Source of the DNA: Trueperaceae bacterium
GTDB lineage: Bacteria > Deinococcota > Deinococci > Deinococcales > Trueperaceae
Assembly (NCBI GenBank): GCA_965213705.1
Contig: OZ243913.1
Span: forward strand, 3,712,001 to 3,776,000
DNA length: 64,000 nucleotides
Reading direction: 5' to 3'
In this document: positions 1 to 9,061 of the stretch, piece after piece
Layout of the letters: each line of letters starts with the position of its first letter
Numbering within the stretch: position 1 is the stretch's first letter
Position numbers and translations under genes: made by a program
Notes under the pieces: generated by a model
Database searches by the model: none
What the model was told of the DNA's origin: nothing
Seen by the model: the letters and a program-made list of their open reading frames with translations, nothing else

Positions 1-50
1 ACGCACTTCCTTAAACCGCGGGGCGAACCTCGACCGAATTCACACAGTGC

Positions 51-80
51 GAAAGCAGCGGGACCGGTCCCGCTGCTTTC
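51..80. terminator. Perfect 14-bp inverted repeat downstream of modC, probable intrinsic terminator
   Basis: gaaagcagcgggac-cg-gtcccgctgctttc. Confidence 0.7.
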
Positions 81-93
81 TTACGTTTGCTTT

Positions 94-1167
94 TTACGTT
101 TCCAGCGGCCACAGGTACTCGGGCTCGAGCCTGACCCATACCTCAGCGCCGGGCTGCACCCCACATGCCTGACAAACCCGGCTGGCGAGGCGCATCTCGA
201 GCGCTCCCTCTCCCAACTTCAGGCTGACGAGCCGGTTCAAACCTTCGGCGAGGACGGACGTCACCGTCGCGGGGTAGCAGCGCGCGCTCACGGCGTGGTC
301 GCGGCGGACCAACAGCACGTGTTCCGGCCGGATGCCGAGCGTGACCGGCGTGCCCGGAGGGATTTCGGTGTCAGGAACGTTCAAAAGGTGCTCGAGCCAC
401 CTGACCTGCATAAACGCGTTCTTGCGCCCTACCACCGTCCCGGTGAGCCGGTTCGTCATGCCGGTCAGGTCGGCGACGTAAGTGTCGGCGGGCCTTAAAT
501 AGAGGTCGTCGCCGCTGCCGAACTGCACCACGCGGCCGTCCCGGTAGACGGCGATTTCGTCCGCCAGCATCGTCGCCTCGACCAGGTCGTGCGTCACGAG
601 CACCGTAGGCGTGCCGAGCTGGGCCAGCAAGTCGACTAGGTAGCGCCGCAACGAGGTTCGCACGACGTCGTCCAGCGCGGCGAAGGGTTCGTCGAGAAGC
701 AAAAGGTTGGGCTCGCTCGCTATAGCTCGCGCCAACGCGACGCGCTGCTGTTGTCCGCCGGACAGCTGGCGGGGACGCTTGGCGGCGTGCTCAGGCAAAC
801 CCACCAGCTCGAGCAGTTCGGTGACTCGGGCCTTGCGAGACGCGTCCCGCAAACCGTAGCGCACGTTCTCGGCCGCGCTGAGGTGGGGAAACAGCAAATA
901 CTGCTGCGGCACGTAACCGACCCGGCGTGCCTGGGGCGAAAGGTTCAACCTTTGCGCAGCGTCGAACAACGTCACGCCGCCTACTTTCACCACGCCTGAA
1001 CCCGGCGTCGCCAGTCCGGCCAAAACCTCCAGGGTAAGGCTTTTGCCCGAGCCCGACGCGCCGAACAGCGCCAGTCGGCGGCCGGTACTCGTCAGCTTGG
1101 GCGACAGCTCGAAGCGGCCCAGACGCAGCGCAAAGTCCAGTTCGACGGTTGCCGGCCTGGGGGTCAC
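94..1167 (-). CDS. modC: Molybdate ABC transporter ATP-binding subunit with C-terminal TOBE-like domain
   Basis: Walker [17 protein letters not shown] signature, LLLLDEP; GTG start overlaps the modB stop (GTGA). Confidence 0.88.
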   Translation of the reverse strand: MTPRPATVELDFALRLGRFELSPKLTSTGRRLALFGASGSGKSLTLEVLAGLATPGSGVVKVGGVTLFDAAQRLNLSPQARRVGYVPQQYLLFPHLSAAENVRYGLRDASRKARVTELLELVGLPEHAAKRPRQLSGGQQQRVALARAIASEPNLLLLDEPFAALDDVVRTSLRRYLVDLLAQLGTPTVLVTHDLVEATMLADEIAVYRDGRVVQFGSGDDLYLRPADTYVADLTGMTNRLTGTVVGRKNAFMQVRWLEHLLNVPDTEIPPGTPVTLGIRPEHVLLVRRDHAVSARCYPATVTSVLAEGLNRLVSLKLGEGALEMRLASRVCQACGVQPGAEVWVRLEPEYLWPLET

Positions 1168-1982
1168 GACTCGTCTCTGAAGCGCAACGTCAGCCGGAGG
1201 ACGAACAGCAGCGCGAACGAAACGAGGGCGAGCACCGCGGCGACGACGAGCGCGCCGCTCAAGTCGCGCTCCAGCTCGGCATAAATCGCCAGCGGCAGGG
1301 TGCGCGTCACCCCCTGCAAACTGCCCGCGAACACAATCGTCGCGCCGAACTCGCCCAGGGCTCGAGCCCAGGCCAGGGCCAATCCCTCGACCAAAAAGGG
1401 CAGCGCCAAGGGCCACGTGACGCGCCAAAAAGTCGTGCGCTCGCTTTTGCCGAGCGTCCACGACAGCGCCTCCAGACGCGCCGACACCGAGCCGAAGCCC
1501 GCTTTCATGGTGCGAATATAAAACGGGCTGGCGACGAACACCTGCGCCAGCACGACGGCCGTCGTCGTAAACGCCACGTTCACGCCCAAGTCGCTCAACC
1601 ACGGCCCCAACAGCCCGCGCCGTCCGAACACCAGCAGCAAGCTCACCCCCGCCACCACCGGCGGCAGCACGATGGGCAGGTCCAACAAGGTGTCCAAAAA
1701 ACGTCGGCCGGGAAACGAGTAACGCGCCAACAAGTAAGCCACGGGCGTTCCCAGAGCGAGCGTAACGACCATGCTCAGCGCGGTCGTGAGCAGGCTCAAA
1801 CGCAAAGCCTCGAGCACGACTGGGCGCAACAGCGTCGCCAAAAAGTTTGCGTTCAGAGCGCGCGCGAGCAGGGTCAGCGTCGGCAACACCAGCAAGACGA
1901 CCAGCACCCCGCCCGCCACGCCCGCCACGACTGGCGGGCGTCGCCGCGACGAGGTCACGCGCTGAGGTCGGCCGTCCAGCAC
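1164..1982 (-). CDS. modB: Molybdate ABC transporter permease
   Basis: DLPIVLPPVVAG and WARALGEFGATIVFAG motifs; start uncertain by a few codons. Confidence 0.9.
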   Translation of the reverse strand: MLDGRPQRVTSSRRRPPVVAGVAGGVLVVLLVLPTLTLLARALNANFLATLLRPVVLEALRLSLLTTALSMVVTLALGTPVAYLLARYSFPGRRFLDTLLDLPIVLPPVVAGVSLLLVFGRRGLLGPWLSDLGVNVAFTTTAVVLAQVFVASPFYIRTMKAGFGSVSARLEALSWTLGKSERTTFWRVTWPLALPFLVEGLALAWARALGEFGATIVFAGSLQGVTRTLPLAIYAELERDLSGALVVAAVLALVSFALLFVLRLTLRFRDES

Positions 1983-1986
1983 AAGC

Positions 1987-2763
1987 TCAGGGTACTTGAC
2001 TAAAGCCGTGCTCCGCCAGGACGGCTTGTCCTTCGTCGGATAGGACGAACCTCACGAAAGCCTGAGCGAGTTCGGGGTAAGAGGCGCTCCTGAGAACGGC
2101 AATCGGGTAGGTCGCCGCGACGTTGTAAGCCTCGGGAATTTCGATAACGCTCACGTTTTTCAAGACCGCCGCGTCGGTAGCGTAAACGACCGCCGCGTCG
2201 GCCTCGCCCAAGTCGACCTTGGCGGCAGCTTGCCGCACGTTCGGCTCTTCGGAAACGAGGTTGGCCTCGACCCGCTTCTTAAAGTCGGCCCCGTAGACGG
2301 CCCCCAGTTTTTCCAACGCCGTGCGCGCGTACACCCCGACCGGCACCTCGGGCGCGGCCAACACCACCTTGACCCCCGGCGTCGCCAAGTTCGCCAGCGA
2401 GGCAAGCCCCGAAGCCCTCGGCGTGACGACCACGAGCTTGTTACCGGCGAAAATATGGGCCTCCAAAAGAAGCCCCTCGGCCGCCACGACCTGCATTTGC
2501 GCCGCGTCGGCGCTCGCGAACACGTCGGCGGGCGCGCCCTGGACAATTTGGGTACTCAGCGCCGAAGACCCGGCAAAGTTCAGGACGACTTGGGCACCTT
2601 CGTGACCCGCTTCGAAGGCGGCCGCCACGTCTTCGAAAGCTTCGGTGAGGCTCGAGGCTGCGAACACGGTCACCTTTTGGGTGCCTGCTTTTTGAGCGCC
2701 CACCTTCTGGGCGAGAGCCAAACTCAAAACCAGAAGCAGTGCGAGTGCGATGATTCGTTTCAA
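1987..2763 (-). CDS. modA: Molybdate ABC transporter substrate-binding protein
   Basis: Signal peptide; VFAASSL, NFAGSS, GAPADVFASA, VPVG motifs; TTG start after GAAAGGG. Confidence 0.9.
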   Translation of the reverse strand: MKRIIALALLLVLSLALAQKVGAQKAGTQKVTVFAASSLTEAFEDVAAAFEAGHEGAQVVLNFAGSSALSTQIVQGAPADVFASADAAQMQVVAAEGLLLEAHIFAGNKLVVVTPRASGLASLANLATPGVKVVLAAPEVPVGVYARTALEKLGAVYGADFKKRVEANLVSEEPNVRQAAAKVDLGEADAAVVYATDAAVLKNVSVIEIPEAYNVAATYPIAVLRSASYPELAQAFVRFVLSDEGQAVLAEHGFSQVP

Positions 2764-2964
2764 GACGACCCTTTCGTAAATAACCTCTACAGACGAACTC
2801 GCGGACAAAACCGCAGCCCTTCGGAACTGCGCCTCGAGGTGAGCGGACCTCTTTTGAGTAAGTCCGGTGGGACAGCGGTGCCAACCGGCCTCGGGGTTGC
2901 TCGGTTGAAAGCGCAAGAAGTCCAGTGTACGCTTTCGCTGTTTCGCAAGGTGACACCTCGGTAG

Positions 2965-3762
2965 CTACTCGGTATCTGTCAACTCGGCCGTGCCTACCCC
3001 AATAGCTGACCTAGTATCTGCCTCGGCACCCGGCTCAGCATCTTGCAGGTCTTGCAAAAAAGCCGTGTCGCGGGCGCTTAGGGGAGCTGCGCCGAGCAGG
3101 TCCGGGCGACGCGCCAGGGTCCGCCGCAACGCTTGCCGCCGCCGCCACGCCTCGACGTTCGCGTGGTGACCGCTCAAGAGCACTTCTGGAACACCTACTC
3201 CCGCAAATTCGGCGGGGCGGGTGTACTCCGGGTAGTCGAGAATTCGTGTCGTGAACGAGTCCTGCTGGTAACTCGCCGCGTCGCCCAGCACACCGGGCAC
3301 GAGTCGGGCGGTCGCCTCGATAAGCGCCAGCGCCGCCACTTCCCCACCCATCAGCACGAAGTCGCCCACGCTCACCTCGCGCGTGACGAGCTGTTCGACG
3401 CGGGCGTCGAAGCCCTCGTAACGACCGGCCAGAAGGCACAAGTGCTTTTTTTCAGCCAGCGTTTCGACCAAACCTTGCGTGAGCGGTTCGCCGGCCGGGG
3501 ACAGCAGAATAACTTCGTCCGGGGGCGACCCCGTCGCCCGCACTTCGGCCAGCGCCCGCGCCACCACGTCGACGCGTATCACCATGCCTGCGCCGCCCCC
3601 GTACGGGGTGTCGTCGACGCGGTTGTGCTTGTTTTGGGCGTGGTCGCGCAAGTCGCGCACGTCAATACCGACGAGTCCGGCCGCCAGCGCGCGGCCCAGC
3701 AGGGCTTCTTGCGTCCACGGCAGAACGAGCTGGGGAAACAGGGTATAGACCGTGTACTTCAT
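2965..3762 (-). CDS. trmD: tRNA (guanine-N1)-methyltransferase
   Basis: [38 protein letters not shown]. Confidence 0.97.
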   Translation of the reverse strand: MKYTVYTLFPQLVLPWTQEALLGRALAAGLVGIDVRDLRDHAQNKHNRVDDTPYGGGAGMVIRVDVVARALAEVRATGSPPDEVILLSPAGEPLTQGLVETLAEKKHLCLLAGRYEGFDARVEQLVTREVSVGDFVLMGGEVAALALIEATARLVPGVLGDAASYQQDSFTTRILDYPEYTRPAEFAGVGVPEVLLSGHHANVEAWRRRQALRRTLARRPDLLGAAPLSARDTAFLQDLQDAEPGAEADTRSAIGVGTAELTDTE

Positions 3763-3801
3763 CGGGGTTGCGTCACCGGGGCTGCACGGGAAACCACGAA
3801 C

Positions 3802-4314
3802 TCAAGGCTCGAGCAAACCCTCGGGCACGTCCGCCAAGTAAACCCCGTCGTCGGTAACCTCGACGTACGGTGCTTGGAGCGGCACCATCACCTCGGCGAA
3901 GTTCGTCCGGACGACGAGCAGGTCTTGCAAACCGGCCTCGAGCACTTCCTTGACCGCGCCGTAGGGCTCGCCCTCCCAATAGACCGGCAAACCCAGCAGT
4001 TCGTCGACGTAAACATCACCCTCTTCCGGCCTGGGCAGCACCTCGGCGGCGGCGTACACGTCTTTGTTGACGAACCCCTGCGCGGTTTCGCGGTCACGCG
4101 CCCGCGCTAGGTAAACGATGATGTGGGACCCGGCGCTGCGCACCCGGCGCACCTCCGTTTCGCCCACGCCCGTCAGCCACACGTGTGACAGGTCGACGAC
4201 CGCGTCGGCCTCGGCGTCACCCAGGGGGTAAAAACGGAGACCGCCCTCGAGCTGAAACGTCTTGCCGAGGGTGCCGAGTTTTACGTGACCGGTTGGGAGC
4301 GTGTCGTGAGCCAT
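3802..4314 (-). CDS. rimM: 16S rRNA processing protein RimM
   Basis: Family-like sequence (YVDELLGL, GLQDLLVV) and position in the rpsP-trmD operon. Confidence 0.92.
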   Translation of the reverse strand: MAHDTLPTGHVKLGTLGKTFQLEGGLRFYPLGDAEADAVVDLSHVWLTGVGETEVRRVRSAGSHIIVYLARARDRETAQGFVNKDVYAAAEVLPRPEEGDVYVDELLGLPVYWEGEPYGAVKEVLEAGLQDLLVVRTNFAEVMVPLQAPYVEVTDDGVYLADVPEGLLEP

Positions 4315-4362
4315 AGGTTTTTAGCCGTGGGGTTTTGGTCTTAAGGTTCTAGTCATAGGGTT

Positions 4363-4593
4363 CTAGTCGACGAGTTGAACCTCGACGTGGTGTTGACCTT
4401 CCGCGGCGGCCCGCGCCAGCGTGCGCACGCTGTTGATAACGCGGCCGCCGCGCCCGATAACCCGGCCCGCGTCACCCTTGGCGCACCGAATTTCGATGCG
4501 CAAACCGCCGCCCTCGCGCTGCGCCGTGACTTGCAAACTTTCCGGCTCTGCGACGAGATTTTGGACGATGAAGGTGACGAGTTCCAGCGGCAC
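4363..4593 (-). CDS. khpA: KH domain RNA-binding protein (KhpA/YlqC family)
   Basis: GRVIGRGG KH GxxG motif; lies between rpsP and rimM. Confidence 0.88.
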   Translation of the reverse strand: MPLELVTFIVQNLVAEPESLQVTAQREGGGLRIEIRCAKGDAGRVIGRGGRVINSVRTLARAAAEGQHHVEVQLVD

Positions 4594-4902
4594 TTACGCC
4601 TCGGCGTTGGCCGCCGCGCGCGCCTTGTACCCGGCCGAGCGCTTGGCGAGCACGCCGCCTAAAGTCACGCCGGACTGCTCCAAGAGCTTCGCGGCGGTCT
4701 CGGTCGGTTGCGCGCCCTGCTCGAGCCAGTAAGACGCCCGCTCCGCGTCCAGCTTCAGCGGCGTTTCGACGGTGTCGCGCGGGTCGTAATAGCCCAGCGA
4801 CTCGATGTAGTCGCTGCTCCGCTTTTTGCGGGAGTCGACGACGACCACGCGGTAGTGAGGGTTTTTCTTCGCGCCCAAGCGCATAAGACGAATTTTAACC
4901 AT
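4594..4902 (-). CDS. rpsP: 30S ribosomal protein S16
   Basis: [21 protein letters not shown]...GAQPTET; GGAGG RBS before ATG 4902. Confidence 0.98.
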   Translation of the reverse strand: MVKIRLMRLGAKKNPHYRVVVVDSRKKRSSDYIESLGYYDPRDTVETPLKLDAERASYWLEQGAQPTETAAKLLEQSGVTLGGVLAKRSAGYKARAAANAEA

Positions 4903-4983
4903 GTGCCTTGCCTCCAGGTGTTCAAAGACAGCCTCTTTGGAGCGAATTTGCGTCAAAGAGGCGACCTCCGAGAGTTCAACTCA

Positions 4984-6237
4984 CTATCTTACAGGATGAG
5001 CGGGGGGTTCGGCTAGGGCTGACTTGGCAGTGCGCCGACCGAACAAGCGCCCCAGCGGCAAACGTTGGCTGTACTCGAGCGCGCCCGCCTTAAAGAGGGC
5101 GAACGCCGCGTACAGTCCCAACACCACGTAAACGGACAACGCCAGCACGCCGAGCAGCGCCTCGGTTGGGGTGAGGGCGAAAATCGCGTTGCGCAGCAGC
5201 AGCACGAACGGGGCGGTGAGCGGAAAGTAGCTCGTGATTTGCGCGACCGTCCCGTGCGGCGCTTGCAGAATCGTCGAGAAAAAATAAATCGGGCTCACCG
5301 CCAGCAAGATGAAAATAGCGGAGAACCGTCCCGCCTCGCGCGCGCTCGGCATAATCGCGCCGACGCCGATTTGCAGCGAGGCCATGAGTAGTAACCCCGC
5401 GAGAAGGTAGAACAAACCGAGCAGGAGTTGAGCGGGGTTGACCGGCAGCGTCGCTAAGTTTAGTTCGGCGGGCAACGTCGCGCCCAACAGCGCGGCCGCC
5501 CCGACGCTGAAACTGGTCAGCAGCACAAACTGCGTCAGCACCACGCCCATGAGTCCGATGAGCTTGCCCCACACCAGGCGGTAGGGCCGCATCGTCGTCA
5601 GCATGATTTCGATGACGCGGTTTTCTTTTTCTTCGGACACGCCCGTGAGCAGGTAGCCCAGCGACACGTAGATGAGCATAAAGTAGAGCACGACCAGCAG
5701 CCCCGGCAACACGTAGTTCGCCAGCGCGGGCGCGGGCTGGCCGTCGCGGTAGTTCGTGGCGGTCACGTTCAAAGGGCTGTTGAACAGCGCGATTTCTTCC
5801 GGGTCGTTCAGCCCGGCCAAGACGCTCTGCTTGAGAAGCGTTTCGGCCGCGTCGTTGTACTCGCCGCTCGAGAACAGCCCCAAGTCCTGCGCGTAAACCC
5901 GAATCGTTTTGGCGGTCGCCACGTCCGCCGGATAGACGAACAGCGCGTCGACCCTGCCGTCTTTGACGCCTTGCAGGGCGGCGGCTTCGTCCTCTACTTT
6001 TACAAACGGCTTCACGTACTGGCCCGGCGCGATGACGCCCGCCCGGTCGACCACGGCGATTTCTTTGGCCGAGGCGACCTGCGCCTGGGCGCTTTTGGTG
6101 GCGCTCGAGGACGACAGCCCCGAAACCGCGCCGAACACGACAAACACCAGCGGCAGCAGCAAGGTGGTGAGCCAAAACGCCCGGCTCCGCACCACCTTGA
6201 GGTATTCGCGCCGCGCGACCAAACTTATCTGATTCAT
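4984..6237 (-). CDS. ABC-2 type permease (NatB/YhaP-like)
   Basis: EEKENRVIE motif, multiple TM segments, large external loop. Confidence 0.85.
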   Translation of the reverse strand: MNQISLVARREYLKVVRSRAFWLTTLLLPLVFVVFGAVSGLSSSSATKSAQAQVASAKEIAVVDRAGVIAPGQYVKPFVKVEDEAAALQGVKDGRVDALFVYPADVATAKTIRVYAQDLGLFSSGEYNDAAETLLKQSVLAGLNDPEEIALFNSPLNVTATNYRDGQPAPALANYVLPGLLVVLYFMLIYVSLGYLLTGVSEEKENRVIEIMLTTMRPYRLVWGKLIGLMGVVLTQFVLLTSFSVGAAALLGATLPAELNLATLPVNPAQLLLGLFYLLAGLLLMASLQIGVGAIMPSAREAGRFSAIFILLAVSPIYFFSTILQAPHGTVAQITSYFPLTAPFVLLLRNAIFALTPTEALLGVLALSVYVVLGLYAAFALFKAGALEYSQRLPLGRLFGRRTAKSALAEPPAHPVR

Positions 6238-7169
6238 GCCCGTACCCCCTCGTGACTTTTGGACACTTGCAAGAAAATATCGTCCAACGACGGCGTGTCG
6301 ACCTCGAAGGCGACCAGCTCGAGGCCGTTCTGCAGCAGACTCTGCAAGATGCTTTGCGGCGCGACGCCCGGCCGCGGCGTGACGCGCACGGTTTTGACAC
6401 GACTCTGCTTGCCTTTCGGTTTGACCGGTTCGACGTCGTAAAGGTCTGGATTCACGGGAAACTCGCCCGCGAACGAGACGCGCAGGCTGTCGTCGCTGAA
6501 GGCGGCCTTGACCTCGGAAAGCGCGCCGTAAAGTGCGCGTTCGCCTTCGTGAATCATGACCAAGCGTTCGGCGATGCGCTCGACCTCGTCCATCTGGTGG
6601 GTGATGAAGACGATTGAGGAGCCGTTCTTGTTCAGCTCGAGCAGCAGTTCCATAAGCAGCGCGCGGTTGACCGGGTCGAGCGCCTTGGTGGGCTCGTCTA
6701 AGATAAGGAGTTCAGGCTCGTTGATGATGGTCGCGCCGAGCTGGACTTTTTGCTGCTGGCCGCCGGAGAGTTTTTTGATGTCGGTTTTGGCCTTGTCGCC
6801 GAGTCCGACACGCTCTAAATAGTTGGTCGCGCGCTTCACCGCCTCGGCGCGGCGCAAGCCTTTCAACTCGCCGAAGTAGACGAGCGTCTCCAGGACCTTC
6901 GAAGTCGCGTAAAGGCCGCGCTCCTCGGGCAGGTAACCGAGCATGTTGGCCGCCTCGGGTGAGTACGGGCGACCGTCGATGAGTAAATTTCCCTCGTCCT
7001 GCTCGTAAATGCCCAAGAGGGTACGAATCGTCGTCGTTTTGCCCGAGCCGTTCGCGCCCAAAAACGCGAAAATCTCGCCGCGCTCGACCTCGAACGACAG
7101 GTCTTTGACGACTTGAACAGCGCCGAAGCGCTTGGAAAAGTGGTTGACTTCGATAACAGGTGTCGGCAT
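6234..7169 (-). CDS. ABC transporter ATP-binding protein (NatA/YhaQ-like)
   Basis: GANGSGKT, LSGGQQQK, LILDEP; ATGA overlap with the permease. Confidence 0.9.
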   Translation of the reverse strand: MPTPVIEVNHFSKRFGAVQVVKDLSFEVERGEIFAFLGANGSGKTTTIRTLLGIYEQDEGNLLIDGRPYSPEAANMLGYLPEERGLYATSKVLETLVYFGELKGLRRAEAVKRATNYLERVGLGDKAKTDIKKLSGGQQQKVQLGATIINEPELLILDEPTKALDPVNRALLMELLLELNKNGSSIVFITHQMDEVERIAERLVMIHEGERALYGALSEVKAAFSDDSLRVSFAGEFPVNPDLYDVEPVKPKGKQSRVKTVRVTPRPGVAPQSILQSLLQNGLELVAFEVDTPSLDDIFLQVSKSHEGVRA

Positions 7170-7316
7170 AGCTTAGTCCTTTGCTGTTTTTACAACTCTA
7201 CTGCTCGGACGGTTCGGCATGACGTAAAAATATAGGCTCGAGGCCGAACCCAACCACCTTCAAAAGTATAGGCCGTGAGATGAGCCGGGGCTAAGAAAAG
7301 TGTAATCCCTCGAGCC

Positions 7317-7898
7317 CTATGCAGGGGACGCCGTCGCCGCGAGGCGGAACAGGGCCCAGGCGGCGAGCAGGTTGCCGTTGACCGCCTCGCCCCCGCGCAA
7401 ACGCTCTTCGAAGTCGGTCAGGTTCAACCACTGAAGCGTAATAAATTCCTCGGGCTCGGGGCGTGCGTCGCCCTCGCTGAACCCCTCGGCCACAAACACA
7501 AAGCCCTGAATCGGCGTGCGGCGCGGGTTGACCAGGAACGAGCCCAGCGGCGTCATAATTCGGGCGCGCAGGCCGGTCTCCTCCTCCAACTCGCGGTGTG
7601 CGGCTTGCAGCGGCGTCTCGTGGTCGTCGACGACGCCCCCTGGAAACTCGGTGACGGCGCGCTGCACGGAGTGGTTGTATTGCGCGGCGACGAGCACCTC
7701 GCGCCCGCCCTCACCCTCACTTTCACCACCACTTGCACCCCCGCGCAAACAGATGACGCTCACGAAGTCGTCCAGCTTCTCAAAACGCAGCCAGGCGGTC
7801 TCGCCGCCCGTGGGCAGCGTCACCGAGTCTTCGACGACGCGGATGCGTTCGTGCTCCAACAGCACGCGGGACTCTCGGGTGCGCCAGGGGTCGCTCAT
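7317..7898 (-). CDS. NUDIX hydrolase (ADP-ribose pyrophosphatase-like)
   Basis: Nudix box GGVVDDHETPLQAAHRELEEETGL. Confidence 0.88.
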   Translation of the reverse strand: MSDPWRTRESRVLLEHERIRVVEDSVTLPTGGETAWLRFEKLDDFVSVICLRGGASGGESEGEGGREVLVAAQYNHSVQRAVTEFPGGVVDDHETPLQAAHRELEEETGLRARIMTPLGSFLVNPRRTPIQGFVFVAEGFSEGDARPEPEEFITLQWLNLTDFEERLRGGEAVNGNLLAAWALFRLAATASPA

Positions 7899-8069
7899 AA
7901 GGGGTCGCTCATGGTCTCGAGTCTACCCCGGTCGGTTTCGGTCCCAACAGAAGTTTTACGCTTTCGAAGAGGGGTTCGTTTTTCATCCGGCTCGAGGCCC
8001 TCGAATGAAAGAACCGCAAGGACCATCAACCCTCCAGGTAAACCGGGCGGTCAAGGTAGACTTTACGGC

Positions 8070-8825
8070 GTGCGCGTCATGAGCTTCAACGTCAACGGGA
8101 TTCGGGCGGCCCACCGCAAGGGATTCGCGGACCTGGTCGCCAGGGTCAAACCCGACCTGATCTGCCTGCAAGAGGCCAAGGCGCAGCCCGCCGACATCCC
8201 CTCGCTGCCGGACTACTGCAACACCTGGCACTGCGCCGAGCGAAAAGGTTACAGCGGCGTCGGCGTGTTGAGCCTGCAGCCCGCCGACCGGACGATACAT
8301 GGACTGGGCTTCGAAGCCTATGACAGCGAGGGGCGCGTCCTGCGGGCGGACTTCTCGCGTTTGAGCGTGCTGAACGTGTACGTGCCGTCGGGCTCGAGCC
8401 GCGCGGAGCGCCAAGCCTTCAAAATGAGGTTTCTGGCGGACTTTTACGACCACGTCGAACGTCTGCTAACTGAAGGGCGCGAACTGCTGGTGTGCGGCGA
8501 CCTCAACGTGGCACACAGAGAGGTCGACCTGACGAACTGGCGGGCCAACCAAAAAACGAGCGGCTTTTTGCCCGAGGAGCGCGCGTGGTTCGGGCGGTTG
8601 CTCGAGCTGGGCCTGGTCGACGTGGTGCGTGAACACGCCGGGCCGGAAGCCCCTGTTTACTCGTGGTGGTCACAGCGTTCGGGCGCGCGGGCGCGCAACG
8701 TCGGCTGGCGGCTCGACTACCAACTCGCCACACCCGGTTTGGCGAGCCGGGTCGCTCACGCCGAAATCTTCAAAGACCCCGTCCTGTCCGACCACGCGCC
8801 GGTCGTCGTGGACTACGACGTTTAG
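8070..8825 (+). CDS. xth: Exodeoxyribonuclease III / AP endonuclease
   Basis: SFNVNGIRAA, CLQE, GYSGV, GDLNVAH, GWRLDY, SDHAP. Confidence 0.95.
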   Translation: MRVMSFNVNGIRAAHRKGFADLVARVKPDLICLQEAKAQPADIPSLPDYCNTWHCAERKGYSGVGVLSLQPADRTIHGLGFEAYDSEGRVLRADFSRLSVLNVYVPSGSSRAERQAFKMRFLADFYDHVERLLTEGRELLVCGDLNVAHREVDLTNWRANQKTSGFLPEERAWFGRLLELGLVDVVREHAGPEAPVYSWWSQRSGARARNVGWRLDYQLATPGLASRVAHAEIFKDPVLSDHAPVVVDYDV

Positions 8826-8859
8826 GGGCGCTGTTGTTTAGGGGCGACGTTTAGGGGCG
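8816..8859 (+). repeat. Three tandem copies of GTTTAGGGGCG spanning the xth stop codon
   Basis: cgacgtttaggggcg ctgttgtttaggggcg acgtttaggggcg. Confidence 0.85.
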
Positions 8860-9061
8860 GAAGCTCTGAGAAAACACAGAAGCCGGCAAACTGCAGAGGT
8901 CTGAGACGCGGTGGGCTTTACCAGACTTGCCGCGGTCATTAGCACGTCGGCACGGCCTCACGGTCGACGACAGCGACTGTGAAATAGGCACCACCGAACA
9001 TGCGCCCTCAACCGTTCCCAAACTACACACCCGGCGCTTTAAACCTCCTAGAGTTTGACGG

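Noticed and set aside
1168..1602. N-terminal extension of the 502-aa ORF
   Set aside because: It overlaps modB out of frame; ModC similarity starts at GTG 1167
7596..8069. N-terminal extension of the 409-aa xth ORF
   Set aside because: It is antisense to the NUDIX gene; the ExoIII motif begins at 8070 after a -10 box
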